64,000 bases of DNA, taken from contig JACQBQ010000039.1 of NCBI GenBank assembly GCA_016201905.1, positions 913 to 64,912 on the forward strand. The letters run 5' to 3'. Under the pieces are notes generated by a model. It was not told the DNA's origin, did not search any database, and saw only the letters and a program-made list of their open reading frames with translations. This DNA comes from Candidatus Melainabacteria bacterium. GTDB taxonomy: Bacteria; Cyanobacteriota; Vampirovibrionia; 2-02-FULL-35-15. The translations under genes were made by a program, and so were the position numbers. Shown piece by piece: positions 38,025 through 45,857 of this stretch (its first letter is position 1; the number at the start of each line of letters is the position of its first letter).

Positions 38025-38585
38025 CTATTTCTTATGTGTATGTGCTTGCGGTACTAAGATTACCAGAGCTGTTTTACCTTCCATCTTTGGAGCTTTTTCA
38101 GGAACTCCCCATTGGGAAGTGTCTGTTACAAAGCGGTTTAAAAGCTCCATGGCAAGACTCTTATGTTCCATTTCTCTCCCACGAAGGGCCACCATAACTT
38201 TAACTTTATCGCCGTCATGAGTTAGAAATTTTTCAGCTTTTCTTACGTTTACCTGATAGTCATGTTTTTCAATTTTATAACTCATTTTTATTTCTTTGAC
38301 ATCAACAATGTGTTGTTTTTTTCTTGCTTCACGTGCTTTTTTTTCTGCTTCAAACTTGAACTTCCCATAATCCATAATTTTTGCTACGGGGGTTTGTTGA
38401 TCCTGGCTGCTAACTAGTACGAGATCGTAACCTCTTTCTTTTGCGATTTTTACTGCCTGCAGCGTAGGCATTACACCTAGCATTTCTCCTGTTTCAGAAA
38501 TTAATCTGACTTCACGTGCACGAATCCTTTCATTTATATTTGGAAGCTCTCTATAAGGTCTTCTCTCAAATCTTTCAAATCTCAC
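38025..38585 (-). CDS. infC: Translation initiation factor IF-3
   Basis: INERIRAREVRLISETGEMLGV... and the C-terminal domain match IF-3. The track ORF extends to 38639. I prefer GTG 38585, which has GGAGG at 38598..38594 six nt upstream and gives a normal IF-3 length. Confidence 0.88.
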   Translation of the reverse strand: MRFERFERRPYRELPNINERIRAREVRLISETGEMLGVMPTLQAVKIAKERGYDLVLVSSQDQQTPVAKIMDYGKFKFEAEKKAREARKKQHIVDVKEIKMSYKIEKHDYQVNVRKAEKFLTHDGDKVKVMVALRGREMEHKSLAMELLNRFVTDTSQWGVPEKAPKMEGKTALVILVPQAHTHKK

Positions 38586-38624
38586 CAAGTATCCTCCTTT
38601 TTGTTTACTAGTAATTGCTAACGA

Positions 38625-38738
38625 TTTGCTAAAAACCACGGTGGAGCATTGATTTCCCGAATGCCCCGACAGGGTCCACCGTAGGTGGAAGGAGGGGTTG
38701 AGGGAAACAATGCGGAACGCAAGATGGTTTTTAGCAAA
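38625..38738. ncRNA. 114-nt imperfect rod-like hairpin with a GC-rich centre; candidate structured RNA (small SRP/4.5S-like on plus strand, or infC leader on minus strand)
   Basis: Paired arms: TTTGCTAAAAACCA (38625..38638) with TGGTTTTTAGCAAA (38725..38738); GCATTG with CAATGC; TTTCCC with GGGAAA; CCCC with GGGG; apical TCCAC-CGTAG-GTGGA (38676..38690). On the plus strand the sub-apical loop reads CAGG(G) / AGGA, resembling the SRP RNA domain IV CAGG / AGCA loop. However, the apex is not a GNRA tetraloop. Confidence 0.4.
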
Positions 38739-38753
38739 ATACTACAGCTATAT

Positions 38754-38808
38754 AAAAAACTTGCCGAAGGCGGGAGTTGCCCGCCAGAGGCGGGTCCGCC
38801 TTTGGCGG
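38754..38808 (-). other. Cluster of five alternating complementary GC-rich blocks followed (on the minus strand) by T6; tRNA terminator and/or attenuator-like element
   Basis: Plus-strand blocks: GGCGGG 38769..38774, CCCGCC 38780..38785, GGCGGG 38789..38794, CCGCC 38796..38800, GGCGG 38804..38808. Adjacent blocks can pair in mutually exclusive ways. The A6 at 38754..38759 is a T6 on the minus strand, downstream of the last hairpin. Confidence 0.45.
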
Positions 38809-38845
38809 AAACCCAAATCATTTCTGCTAACTTATGATTCAAGCT

Positions 38846-38929
38846 TGCCGAAGAAGGGATTTGAACCCTTAAGGACTTTCGCCCGCTACGCCCTGAACGT
38901 AGTGTGTTTGCCAATTTCACCACTTCGGC
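38846..38929 (-). tRNA. tRNA-Leu (anticodon CAG), class II with long variable arm; no encoded CCA
   Basis: Minus strand sequence: GCCGAAGTGGTGAAATTGGCAAACACACTACGTTCAGGGCGTAGCGGGCGAAAGTCCTTAAGGGTTCAAATCCCTTCTTCGGCA. Acceptor GCCGAAG/CTTCGGC. Anticodon stem CTACG/CGTAG with loop TTCAGGG. Variable arm GGGC-GAAA-GTCC. T-arm AAGGG-TTCAAAT-CCCTT. Confidence 0.92.
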
Positions 38930-39053
38930 AAAAGATCCACAATCAGAATTCTTTGCGATAAAGATTGATGACAGAGAATTAAATTTTCTATCTGTCATCA
39001 TTTAACTATTTAATTTTTTTAAAACTTTTAAATCTATCATTAACTTATAATTA

Positions 39054-40640
39054 TTACTTCCCCGTTTTCTGTAAAATAAAATCAATATCTACTCCAAATT
39101 CTCTCTTAAATTCTTTACTTTTTCCTACAGCAGACCATCTTTCAAGTGCACAGTCATAATCTTCAATGCTGCTTTTTAATTTACATTTTAGCCTTTTTTT
39201 TGTGGAATTAGGGCTAATTTCAATATCTTTTATAGCACATTTATGTCCTTTATCCAAACCCTCAGCAATTCTTAAAATTGAACTTAGCTCTTTAACCAGC
39301 TTTTTATGCTCTCTTGGCAGGTTTTGGAAGTTTGGATGGTTATCTTTTGGATTGCTTTGTCTGTGATACCTTGCAATATTTGCTACCAGTTCTACCTCTT
39401 CATCGTTAAATCCTAATAGTCCGCTATGTCTGATTAGGTAATAAGAGTGTTTATGATGATCATTATGTGTAACGAGTGATCCAATATCATGCAATATTGC
39501 AGCAGCTTCTAAAAGTTCTTTTTCTTTCTCACTGTAATTATGTAGCAGACCTTTGGTTTGATCGAAAATTACAGAACTAAGCTTTTTTACGTGGAATGCA
39601 TGATCTTTTAAAAACTTATATTTATTTGCAAGTTCTAAGACACTTCTTTCCCTTATGGTCTGTTGGTATTGTAATCTGTCTTTGATTATTCCTTTTTGTA
39701 AAAGCTTGTCAATAACAAGTCCTTCCCTTAAAGCTCTGTCACAATAAACAATTTCGCTTACTTTAAGGTTTCTCATGACTACTTTTAAAATTATGCTGCC
39801 GGCTAAAATTATTTCTGCCCTGTTTTTGCTTATGTCAAATGCCTCTGAACGTTTTTCTTTTTTGGTGGCAAGCATCTTGTCGATAATTGAACATATTGAT
39901 TCATAAGTAATTTTGTATTGATTTAAATTCGGAGTTCTTTCAGAGTCTACAAAATTATGCATCCTATAATCAATGTTTGCAATTGTTTGAACTGTTCCTG
40001 AAGTGCCCACAAGAAAATCAAAACCGCCAATTTCCTGTATTTGTAGAATCTTCGTAGAGAGTAATCCCTCTATATGATTTTCCATATATTCAAGTTTTTG
40101 TACAAGATTAGTCTCATCCTGTAAATCTTTTTCTGTAAGCCTTACAGCGCCGACTTTTGTACTAGATAGATGGTAAATGAATTGTTCATCTCCAATTATT
40201 ATTTCTGTACTGCCACCACCAATATCAACAATTCCTATTTTTCTTCCCTGTAATTTAGTGGCTGAGAGAACTCCAAGATAAATTAATCTTGCTTCTTCTA
40301 CACCGGAGATTACATGAGCATCAATGCCAAGCTCATTTCTAACCTGACTAAGCCATTCTCTGCCATTTGAAGCTTCTCTTACGGCACTTGTTGCACTTCC
40401 AAATATTTCAGTTGCATGATGTCCTTCGGCAAGTTTTTTAAACCTTTTTAAGGTTTCTAATCCTCTTTTCATATCTTCAGGACTTAATTCTTTTTTTTCT
40501 TTTGGTTCATGAAATGTGCCAAGTCGAACAGTTTCCCTAAGTCTATCTAAAACTTTAAATGACTGTGACTCAGGATTAATTTCAACGACAATAATATGAA
40601 AGGAATTTGATCCAATATCTATTGCAGCAATACGTTCCAT
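39054..40640 (-). CDS. ppx: Exopolyphosphatase / guanosine pentaphosphate phosphohydrolase family protein with C-terminal HD domain
   Basis: AAIDIGSNSFHIIV and DIGGGSTE (actin-like ATPase fold of Ppx/GppA), plus a C-terminal LHDIGS...HHKHS HD region. 528 aa. Confidence 0.88.
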   Translation of the reverse strand: MERIAAIDIGSNSFHIIVVEINPESQSFKVLDRLRETVRLGTFHEPKEKKELSPEDMKRGLETLKRFKKLAEGHHATEIFGSATSAVREASNGREWLSQVRNELGIDAHVISGVEEARLIYLGVLSATKLQGRKIGIVDIGGGSTEIIIGDEQFIYHLSSTKVGAVRLTEKDLQDETNLVQKLEYMENHIEGLLSTKILQIQEIGGFDFLVGTSGTVQTIANIDYRMHNFVDSERTPNLNQYKITYESICSIIDKMLATKKEKRSEAFDISKNRAEIILAGSIILKVVMRNLKVSEIVYCDRALREGLVIDKLLQKGIIKDRLQYQQTIRERSVLELANKYKFLKDHAFHVKKLSSVIFDQTKGLLHNYSEKEKELLEAAAILHDIGSLVTHNDHHKHSYYLIRHSGLLGFNDEEVELVANIARYHRQSNPKDNHPNFQNLPREHKKLVKELSSILRIAEGLDKGHKCAIKDIEISPNSTKKRLKCKLKSSIEDYDCALERWSAVGKSKEFKREFGVDIDFILQKTGK

Positions 40641-40652
40641 AAGGATAGAAAA

Positions 40653-41606
40653 TTAAATAAAATGCTTGAAAGCCTTTTTCATCTCCAGTTTAACAAGTTT
40701 ATTATTACTTTGTTTTAAATAAGCCCCACTGCCTTTTAATACTTCTCCAATGATTTTGACTTTATTGATTTTTTTTAGTTTTTTACAATCAGTTTTACTT
40801 GCTGTACCGACTAATTGATAATCTTCACCGCCATACAGAACTAGATTTAGCAGAGGCTTTTTAAGTATTTTTGCTGTCTTAGTTAGATTTTGTGAAACTG
40901 GAATTTTATCTTCATAGGTAACAATTTTAACTTTACTTTCTTTTGCTATTTGAATAAGACAATCTGCTAAACCATCGCTTGCATCCATTAATGCTGCTCT
41001 TTTTATTAAACTAACAATTTGTTGACCGATGTTGATTTGCGGTGTTGGCTTTTTGTGAATGTTAATTAGTTTTTGTGCGTATGTGCCTATGTGCGCATGT
41101 GCTATTTCTTTTAATAGTAAAAACCCACAAGCACTATCTCCAAAACTACCTGTAGCAAAAACAAGATCGCCTGCTTTTGCATTTGATCTTTTCCCGATAT
41201 TTCTTGTAACTAATTTTCCTAAGATGGTTATTGTAATATTGATTTCTTTAGATCTGGCTAGATTACCACCAATTATTTGAGTTTTGTATTTTTTTGCGCA
41301 GCTATTAATGCCAGTATAAAATTTTTTAATCCAGTTTAAATTTATAGACTTTGGTAGTGAAAGTGCAATCAGTGCATAGAGAGGCTTCGCTCCCATACTG
41401 GCTATATCGCTTAGGTTTAATGCAAGGGCTTTCCAACCAATTTCTTCTGGGATGTAATCTTTTAAAGTGAAGTGAGTGTTCTCTACAAGTGTGTCTATAG
41501 TCGCCACAAGATTCTTTTCAATAATTGCAGCATCATCAAAGAGGTATTTGTTTGAGTTTGTAATAATTTTTCTAATTACACTTAAGATTTCTTGTTCAGT
41601 TGGCAC
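40653..41606 (-). CDS. thiL: Thiamine-monophosphate kinase
   Basis: AIR-synthase-like fold motifs: DDAAII, NLSDIASMGAKPLYALIAL, IIGGNL, SDGLADCL. GTG start at 41606. Confidence 0.85.
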   Translation of the reverse strand: MPTEQEILSVIRKIITNSNKYLFDDAAIIEKNLVATIDTLVENTHFTLKDYIPEEIGWKALALNLSDIASMGAKPLYALIALSLPKSINLNWIKKFYTGINSCAKKYKTQIIGGNLARSKEINITITILGKLVTRNIGKRSNAKAGDLVFATGSFGDSACGFLLLKEIAHAHIGTYAQKLINIHKKPTPQINIGQQIVSLIKRAALMDASDGLADCLIQIAKESKVKIVTYEDKIPVSQNLTKTAKILKKPLLNLVLYGGEDYQLVGTASKTDCKKLKKINKVKIIGEVLKGSGAYLKQSNNKLVKLEMKKAFKHFI

Positions 41607-41609
41607 AGG

Positions 41610-41726
41610 TTATGGTTTATTTTTCTTTTGCCAAGGTAATTCATTCATTAAGGCTAAATATAGGTAATAGATGGCTAAACCACCAGCACTAAACATTACT
41701 AACATTATTATAATCATGGGGTCCAT
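41610..41726 (-). CDS. 38-aa single-TM micro-ORF downstream of the 69-aa membrane protein gene
   Basis: AGGAG (41737..41733) lies 6 nt before ATG 41726. Translates to MDPMIIIMLVMFSAGGLAIYYLYLALMNELPWQKKNKP. The stop is 3 nt before the thiL GTG. Below the ORF-track cut-off. Confidence 0.5.
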   Translation of the reverse strand: MDPMIIIMLVMFSAGGLAIYYLYLALMNELPWQKKNKP

Positions 41727-41736
41727 ATTTTTCTCC

Positions 41737-41946
41737 TTACTCTACAAGAATTGCATAACCTCTTTGTATAAGGATTATACCAAAAAGTACAAGTATTAAA
41801 CTAATTACAAAATAGATTACTAGTTGAATATCCATTTCTTCAAATTTTAAATCTGATAAAGCAAGAATTACTTTTCCAAAAGGTGCCATAACTGAAAGTC
41901 CAAATATCCTAAAGGTCTCTGCTCTGTACTCATTGTCTTTCATCAT
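41737..41946 (-). CDS. Small membrane protein (69 aa), paralogue of 37022..37276
   Basis: YRAETFRIFGLSVMAPFGKVIL motif shared with the 84-aa protein, plus a second TM helix LVIYFVISLILVLFGIILI. Confidence 0.6.
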   Translation of the reverse strand: MMKDNEYRAETFRIFGLSVMAPFGKVILALSDLKFEEMDIQLVIYFVISLILVLFGIILIQRGYAILVE

Positions 41947-42003
41947 AAAACTTTTATAACATATAGTAACCTTAACTTTCTACAAGGTTTTCTCTGTATT
42001 CGT

Positions 42004-42022
42004 ATGTAACTTTTGGTTACAT
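42004..42022. repeat. 19-bp palindrome ATGTAAC-N5-GTTACAT (copy 3 of 3)
   Basis: ATGTAAC at 42004..42010, TTTTG, GTTACAT at 42016..42022. It abuts the polA stop codon (42023..42025) and lies 58 nt upstream of the 69-aa membrane protein start. Confidence 0.7.
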
Positions 42023-44896
42023 TTACCCACACTCATACCAATTTTCTCCCCATGAAAGATTCACGACAAGGGGTACTTTTAATGGCTGATCTAATTCCAT
42101 AGATTCTTTTACCATCTTTTCGATTTTATCTTTTTCTTTTGGGTGGACGTCTAAGACAAGTTCGTCATGGACTTGCAGGATTAATTTAGATTTATATTCT
42201 TTTTCTTTTAGCTCTTTATATACCTTTAGCATTGCAAGTTTCATAATGTCTGCTGCAGTACCCTGTAGAGGGGCATTACATGCTGCTCTTTCATCTTCAC
42301 GCTGCAGTGCTTTATTTCTAATGTTCAGGTTTTTAAAATATCTCCTTCTGCCATAAATAGTTTCAGCATAACCTTTTTCTCTGGCTTCTTCCAAAAGATT
42401 TTCAAAAAACGGTTTTACTTTTTTAAAAGATTCAAAGTATTTTTTAATAAAATCCTGTGCTTCTTTTTGACTGATGTTTAATTGTCTGGCTGTAGCAAAA
42501 GGACCCTGCTGATAGATTAATGCAAAGTTTAAAGTTTTCCCGTGTGATCGCATCTCAGGTGTAATCTTTTTTTCTGAAACCCCATATATTTCCATGGCTG
42601 TTCTTTTATGAATGTCTTCACCAGCCTTGAAGGCTTCAATAAGTACAGGATCTTCTGACATGTGGGCAAGTATTCTGAGCTCTATTTGTGAATAATCAGC
42701 GCTTAACAAAAACCCTTTATCAAAGCTTGTTGTAAATGCTTTTCTGATTTTCCTCCCAAGCTCAGATTTAATTGGAATATTTTGTAGATTTGGGTTGCTT
42801 GAGCTTAGCCTTCCTGTAGATGTAATAGTCTGATTAAAGTCACAGTGAATGTTTCTGGTCTCTTTATTTATTTGTTCGGGAAGTGAATCTGTGTAAGTAG
42901 AAATGAGTTTACTTAGCTGACGATATTCTAAAATATTTTCTATAATTCCACTTTTATCATGGTGAGCAAGTGCTTCAAGTGTTCTTGCATCGGTGGAATA
43001 CTGACCTGACTTTGTAATTTTTCCTTCATTCTCAAGACCAAGTTTATCGAACAATATTTTTCCTAGCTGCTGTGGAGAGTTTATGTTAAATGGTTCACCT
43101 GCAACTTTAAAAATATTTTCTTCTAATTCTTGAACTTTCTTGGTAATTTCATGTGATAAATCTTTTAAGACTTTAGTATCTATTCTTACGCCGTTTAATT
43201 CTATATCTGAAAGTACTGGAACTAAAGGATTTTCAATTTCTTCAAGAATCTTGGCAAGTGGTTTTTCTAAATTAGTTTTATAGTGCTTTGCAAGTTCAAG
43301 GGTGTAAGTAGTGTCGCTGGCTGAATATGGAGCAACCTTTTCAATGCTTACTTCAGCCATAGATAACTGTTTTTTGCCGGAGCCTATTAGCTCGTCGATC
43401 TTTGTCATCCTGAAACCTAAAATCCTTGCAGCTTGATCTTTTAAACCATGCTTTTCGTCAGGATTTGAGACATAACTAGCTAACATGGTGTCATAAATAT
43501 TTTCTCCAAGATTGATTCCATGTCTTTTTAAAATCTTATATTCAAACTTACAGTTTTGTGCAATTTTTTCTTTTTTTGAATCTTCAAGTATCGGTTTTAG
43601 ACTTTTTAAAACATGCTCTGATTTTAGTTGTTTTCCTTCATTGTGACCTATTGGTATGTAGCATGCTTTTATTTGTTCTGATTTTTCTAAGCTTGATTTT
43701 TCGTTTTGAAAGTATGAAAGTCCTATGCCTACTATTTCACAGGTCATAGTGTTTGTAGAAGTAGTTTCTAAATCTATACACACAAATTTTTTATCTTTTA
43801 ACTCTTTAATTAGTTTTTCAAGCTCACTTTCAGTGCTTATAGTGGTTACTTCTAAATCTGGTGTTTTTAAATTTTCCAGTGGATCGCTAGAAATATTTCC
43901 AATGTTACCATTGTTGTGTACATTGCCAATATCGAGCTTCATTTGCTCTGATCTTTTTATAATGAGATTTTTTGTATCCTTTATATCCACTGCCTTTCCT
44001 TCGTTAAATGAAGAAAGAACATTTGGTAATCTTTTTATAAAGCTATTAAATTCAAACTTTTGTAAAAAACTTACAAGCTTATCCATTTCTGGCATGTTTA
44101 AGTGGGCATCTTTTAAGTTTATGTTTATTGGCACATCAGTATGAATTGCAGCTAGTTTTTTTGAAAGGTAAGCACTTTTTTCACCGTTAATAATTTTTTC
44201 CTGAAGTCCTTTCTTTTCAATTTTTTTTATATTTTTAAAAACATTATCTAAGGTTCCATATTCAGTTAAAAGTTTTGCTGCAGTTTTTTCACCGATTCCT
44301 TTTATTCCTGGAATATTGTCAGAGCTGTCACCGCAAAGACTTTTAAAATCAATTACTTGTTCAGGCCATATTCCCCAGTAGTCAAAGACCTCTTGTCTTC
44401 CATATTCTTTTAATTCTCCTTTTGAAGGAACGAGAACTTTAATTCTGTCATTGACCAACTGAAATGCATCACGATCACCTGTAAGAATTAAAACATCTTG
44501 TCCTTCTTTGTATGCTTTTTTTGCAAGGGTTCCAATTACATCATCAGCCTCATAGCCGGGTAGCTCATAAATAGGAATTTCAAAACTTTCCAATCCTTCT
44601 CTGATATATGGCCACTGGGTAGAGAGCTCTTCTGGCATTTCCTCAGGGCGGTTTGCCTTATATAGATCATATGCTTTGTGTCTAAAAGTAGGTTCTTTAC
44701 AATCATAAGCTGCTGCAATTGCTTTTGGTTTGGTTTTATCCAGAAGATCAAAAATTGCTTTAAAGAAACCATATGTAGCCCATGTCGGTATGCCACTCAA
44801 TGTGCGCATATTTGTCCGCTCCATTGCAAAAAACATTCTAAATGCAAGATTTGGAGCATCGATTAAAATTATTGTGTTGTTTTGTTGCAAAGACAA
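42023..44896 (-). CDS. polA: DNA polymerase I
   Basis: 957 aa. N-terminal 5'-3' exonuclease domain (LILIDAPNLAFRMFF..., GIKGIGEKTA), then family A polymerase motifs LLSADYSQIELRILAH, HGKTLNFALIYQQG, LILQVHDELVLDV. Confidence 0.95.
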   Translation of the reverse strand: MSLQQNNTIILIDAPNLAFRMFFAMERTNMRTLSGIPTWATYGFFKAIFDLLDKTKPKAIAAAYDCKEPTFRHKAYDLYKANRPEEMPEELSTQWPYIREGLESFEIPIYELPGYEADDVIGTLAKKAYKEGQDVLILTGDRDAFQLVNDRIKVLVPSKGELKEYGRQEVFDYWGIWPEQVIDFKSLCGDSSDNIPGIKGIGEKTAAKLLTEYGTLDNVFKNIKKIEKKGLQEKIINGEKSAYLSKKLAAIHTDVPININLKDAHLNMPEMDKLVSFLQKFEFNSFIKRLPNVLSSFNEGKAVDIKDTKNLIIKRSEQMKLDIGNVHNNGNIGNISSDPLENLKTPDLEVTTISTESELEKLIKELKDKKFVCIDLETTSTNTMTCEIVGIGLSYFQNEKSSLEKSEQIKACYIPIGHNEGKQLKSEHVLKSLKPILEDSKKEKIAQNCKFEYKILKRHGINLGENIYDTMLASYVSNPDEKHGLKDQAARILGFRMTKIDELIGSGKKQLSMAEVSIEKVAPYSASDTTYTLELAKHYKTNLEKPLAKILEEIENPLVPVLSDIELNGVRIDTKVLKDLSHEITKKVQELEENIFKVAGEPFNINSPQQLGKILFDKLGLENEGKITKSGQYSTDARTLEALAHHDKSGIIENILEYRQLSKLISTYTDSLPEQINKETRNIHCDFNQTITSTGRLSSSNPNLQNIPIKSELGRKIRKAFTTSFDKGFLLSADYSQIELRILAHMSEDPVLIEAFKAGEDIHKRTAMEIYGVSEKKITPEMRSHGKTLNFALIYQQGPFATARQLNISQKEAQDFIKKYFESFKKVKPFFENLLEEAREKGYAETIYGRRRYFKNLNIRNKALQREDERAACNAPLQGTAADIMKLAMLKVYKELKEKEYKSKLILQVHDELVLDVHPKEKDKIEKMVKESMELDQPLKVPLVVNLSWGENWYECG

Positions 44897-44922
44897 TTTC
44901 TAGAAAAATCTTAACAAGCTTT

Positions 44923-45855
44923 TTACTTTTCGCCTATTCTTTGATTGCCAAATATAAAGAAGACTCCAGCTAGACGATCTAAGCATAACGCTAATTCTGT
45001 AGCATTTTTTACCCTATTTGAAAAAAAGTCAAAATGTTTGAATAGATCAGGTATTGCAGCAAGAACCCATAAGAAGCCCGAGATGGCAAAATTAGAGAAT
45101 CCTTTTGACTTTTCATTGCTGGTTTGAGATTTTTGTTTTATATTTGTATTTTTCTTCATGTCAGTTGCAAGAGCTATACCTGCAAGCCCTCCAAAGAAAT
45201 GTCTAATAGTAGCTCCTAATTTTGTAAGTCCTGCAAACGAGACTGATGAGCCTAGTATCATCAAGCTTGAACAAAGGAAAAATGATCGAGGAAATAAGCC
45301 CTCTCTTTCAAATGGCTTATCATGTAATTCTTTAGCTAATTTTGGTATATGTTTTAAAGTAGTCTTGAAACCTTCTACCCAGCCTTCCTCTTTAAAACTA
45401 TCGTAGTATTGAGGATTTCCTTTTTCATCTAGAACTGGTTTGCCTTCTTTAATTTTTTTAGTTCTTGAAATTATACTATCAAAGTGATTTAATCCCGCTG
45501 ATAGACCTCTAGCAAGAAACAGATTATATCCCGTGGTAAAAATTGCAATTGGCAGTTCTAAAAAACCACCAATCAAAGCAATAATATTTTTTTTCTCAAT
45601 TGCAATCATTCCATTTAGAAGTCCTTGTACAGCTGTAGCACATTTTGAAAGGAAGCCACTTAATTTTTCAATAGATTCTTGAGCTGAGTCTAGAAAAGAT
45701 AGATTGCCATTTAATGTTGTAAGTAAATTACATGTTGCAGCAATTCCATTAAAAGTAAGATTAATATTTGTTTTGGTCTTGTCACTTATAAAGCTCTCAG
45801 CAACAAGCTTTTGCTGACTAACTAGGTCTGATCCACCCACTGCTAAAGTAGTCAT
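44923..45855 (-). CDS. Hypothetical multi-pass membrane protein, paralogue of 45858..46865
   Basis: 310 aa. Aligns with its neighbour (for example NGIAATCNLLTTLNGNLSFL... ATAVQGLL...IGGFLELPIAIFTTG..LFLARGLSAGLNHFDSII versus NGGAAALNLLTFISGNLPIL...AVATQGII...IGYVLELPTALLSSG..LWFNRGLAQGLGQFQGII). Several hydrophobic segments. Confidence 0.7.
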   Translation of the reverse strand: MTTLAVGGSDLVSQQKLVAESFISDKTKTNINLTFNGIAATCNLLTTLNGNLSFLDSAQESIEKLSGFLSKCATAVQGLLNGMIAIEKKNIIALIGGFLELPIAIFTTGYNLFLARGLSAGLNHFDSIISRTKKIKEGKPVLDEKGNPQYYDSFKEEGWVEGFKTTLKHIPKLAKELHDKPFEREGLFPRSFFLCSSLMILGSSVSFAGLTKLGATIRHFFGGLAGIALATDMKKNTNIKQKSQTSNEKSKGFSNFAISGFLWVLAAIPDLFKHFDFFSNRVKNATELALCLDRLAGVFFIFGNQRIGEK

Positions 45856-45857
45856 GT

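Noticed and set aside
38625-38930. tmRNA, RNase P RNA or 6S RNA as an explanation for the GC-rich non-coding block
   Set aside because: No tRNA-like acceptor/T-arm pairing with a tag ORF (tmRNA) is present. The block is far too short and lacks the conserved P4 sequences of RNase P. It is split into a 114-nt rod plus separate small hairpins, rather than the single ~180-nt rod with a central bubble of 6S RNA.
38618-39001. Track ORFs 38618..39001 (-) and 38698..38961 (+), and 38017..38220 (+)
   Set aside because: They overlap tRNA-Leu, the GC-rich structured segments or infC. The open frames there are a by-product of GC-rich RNA-like sequence.
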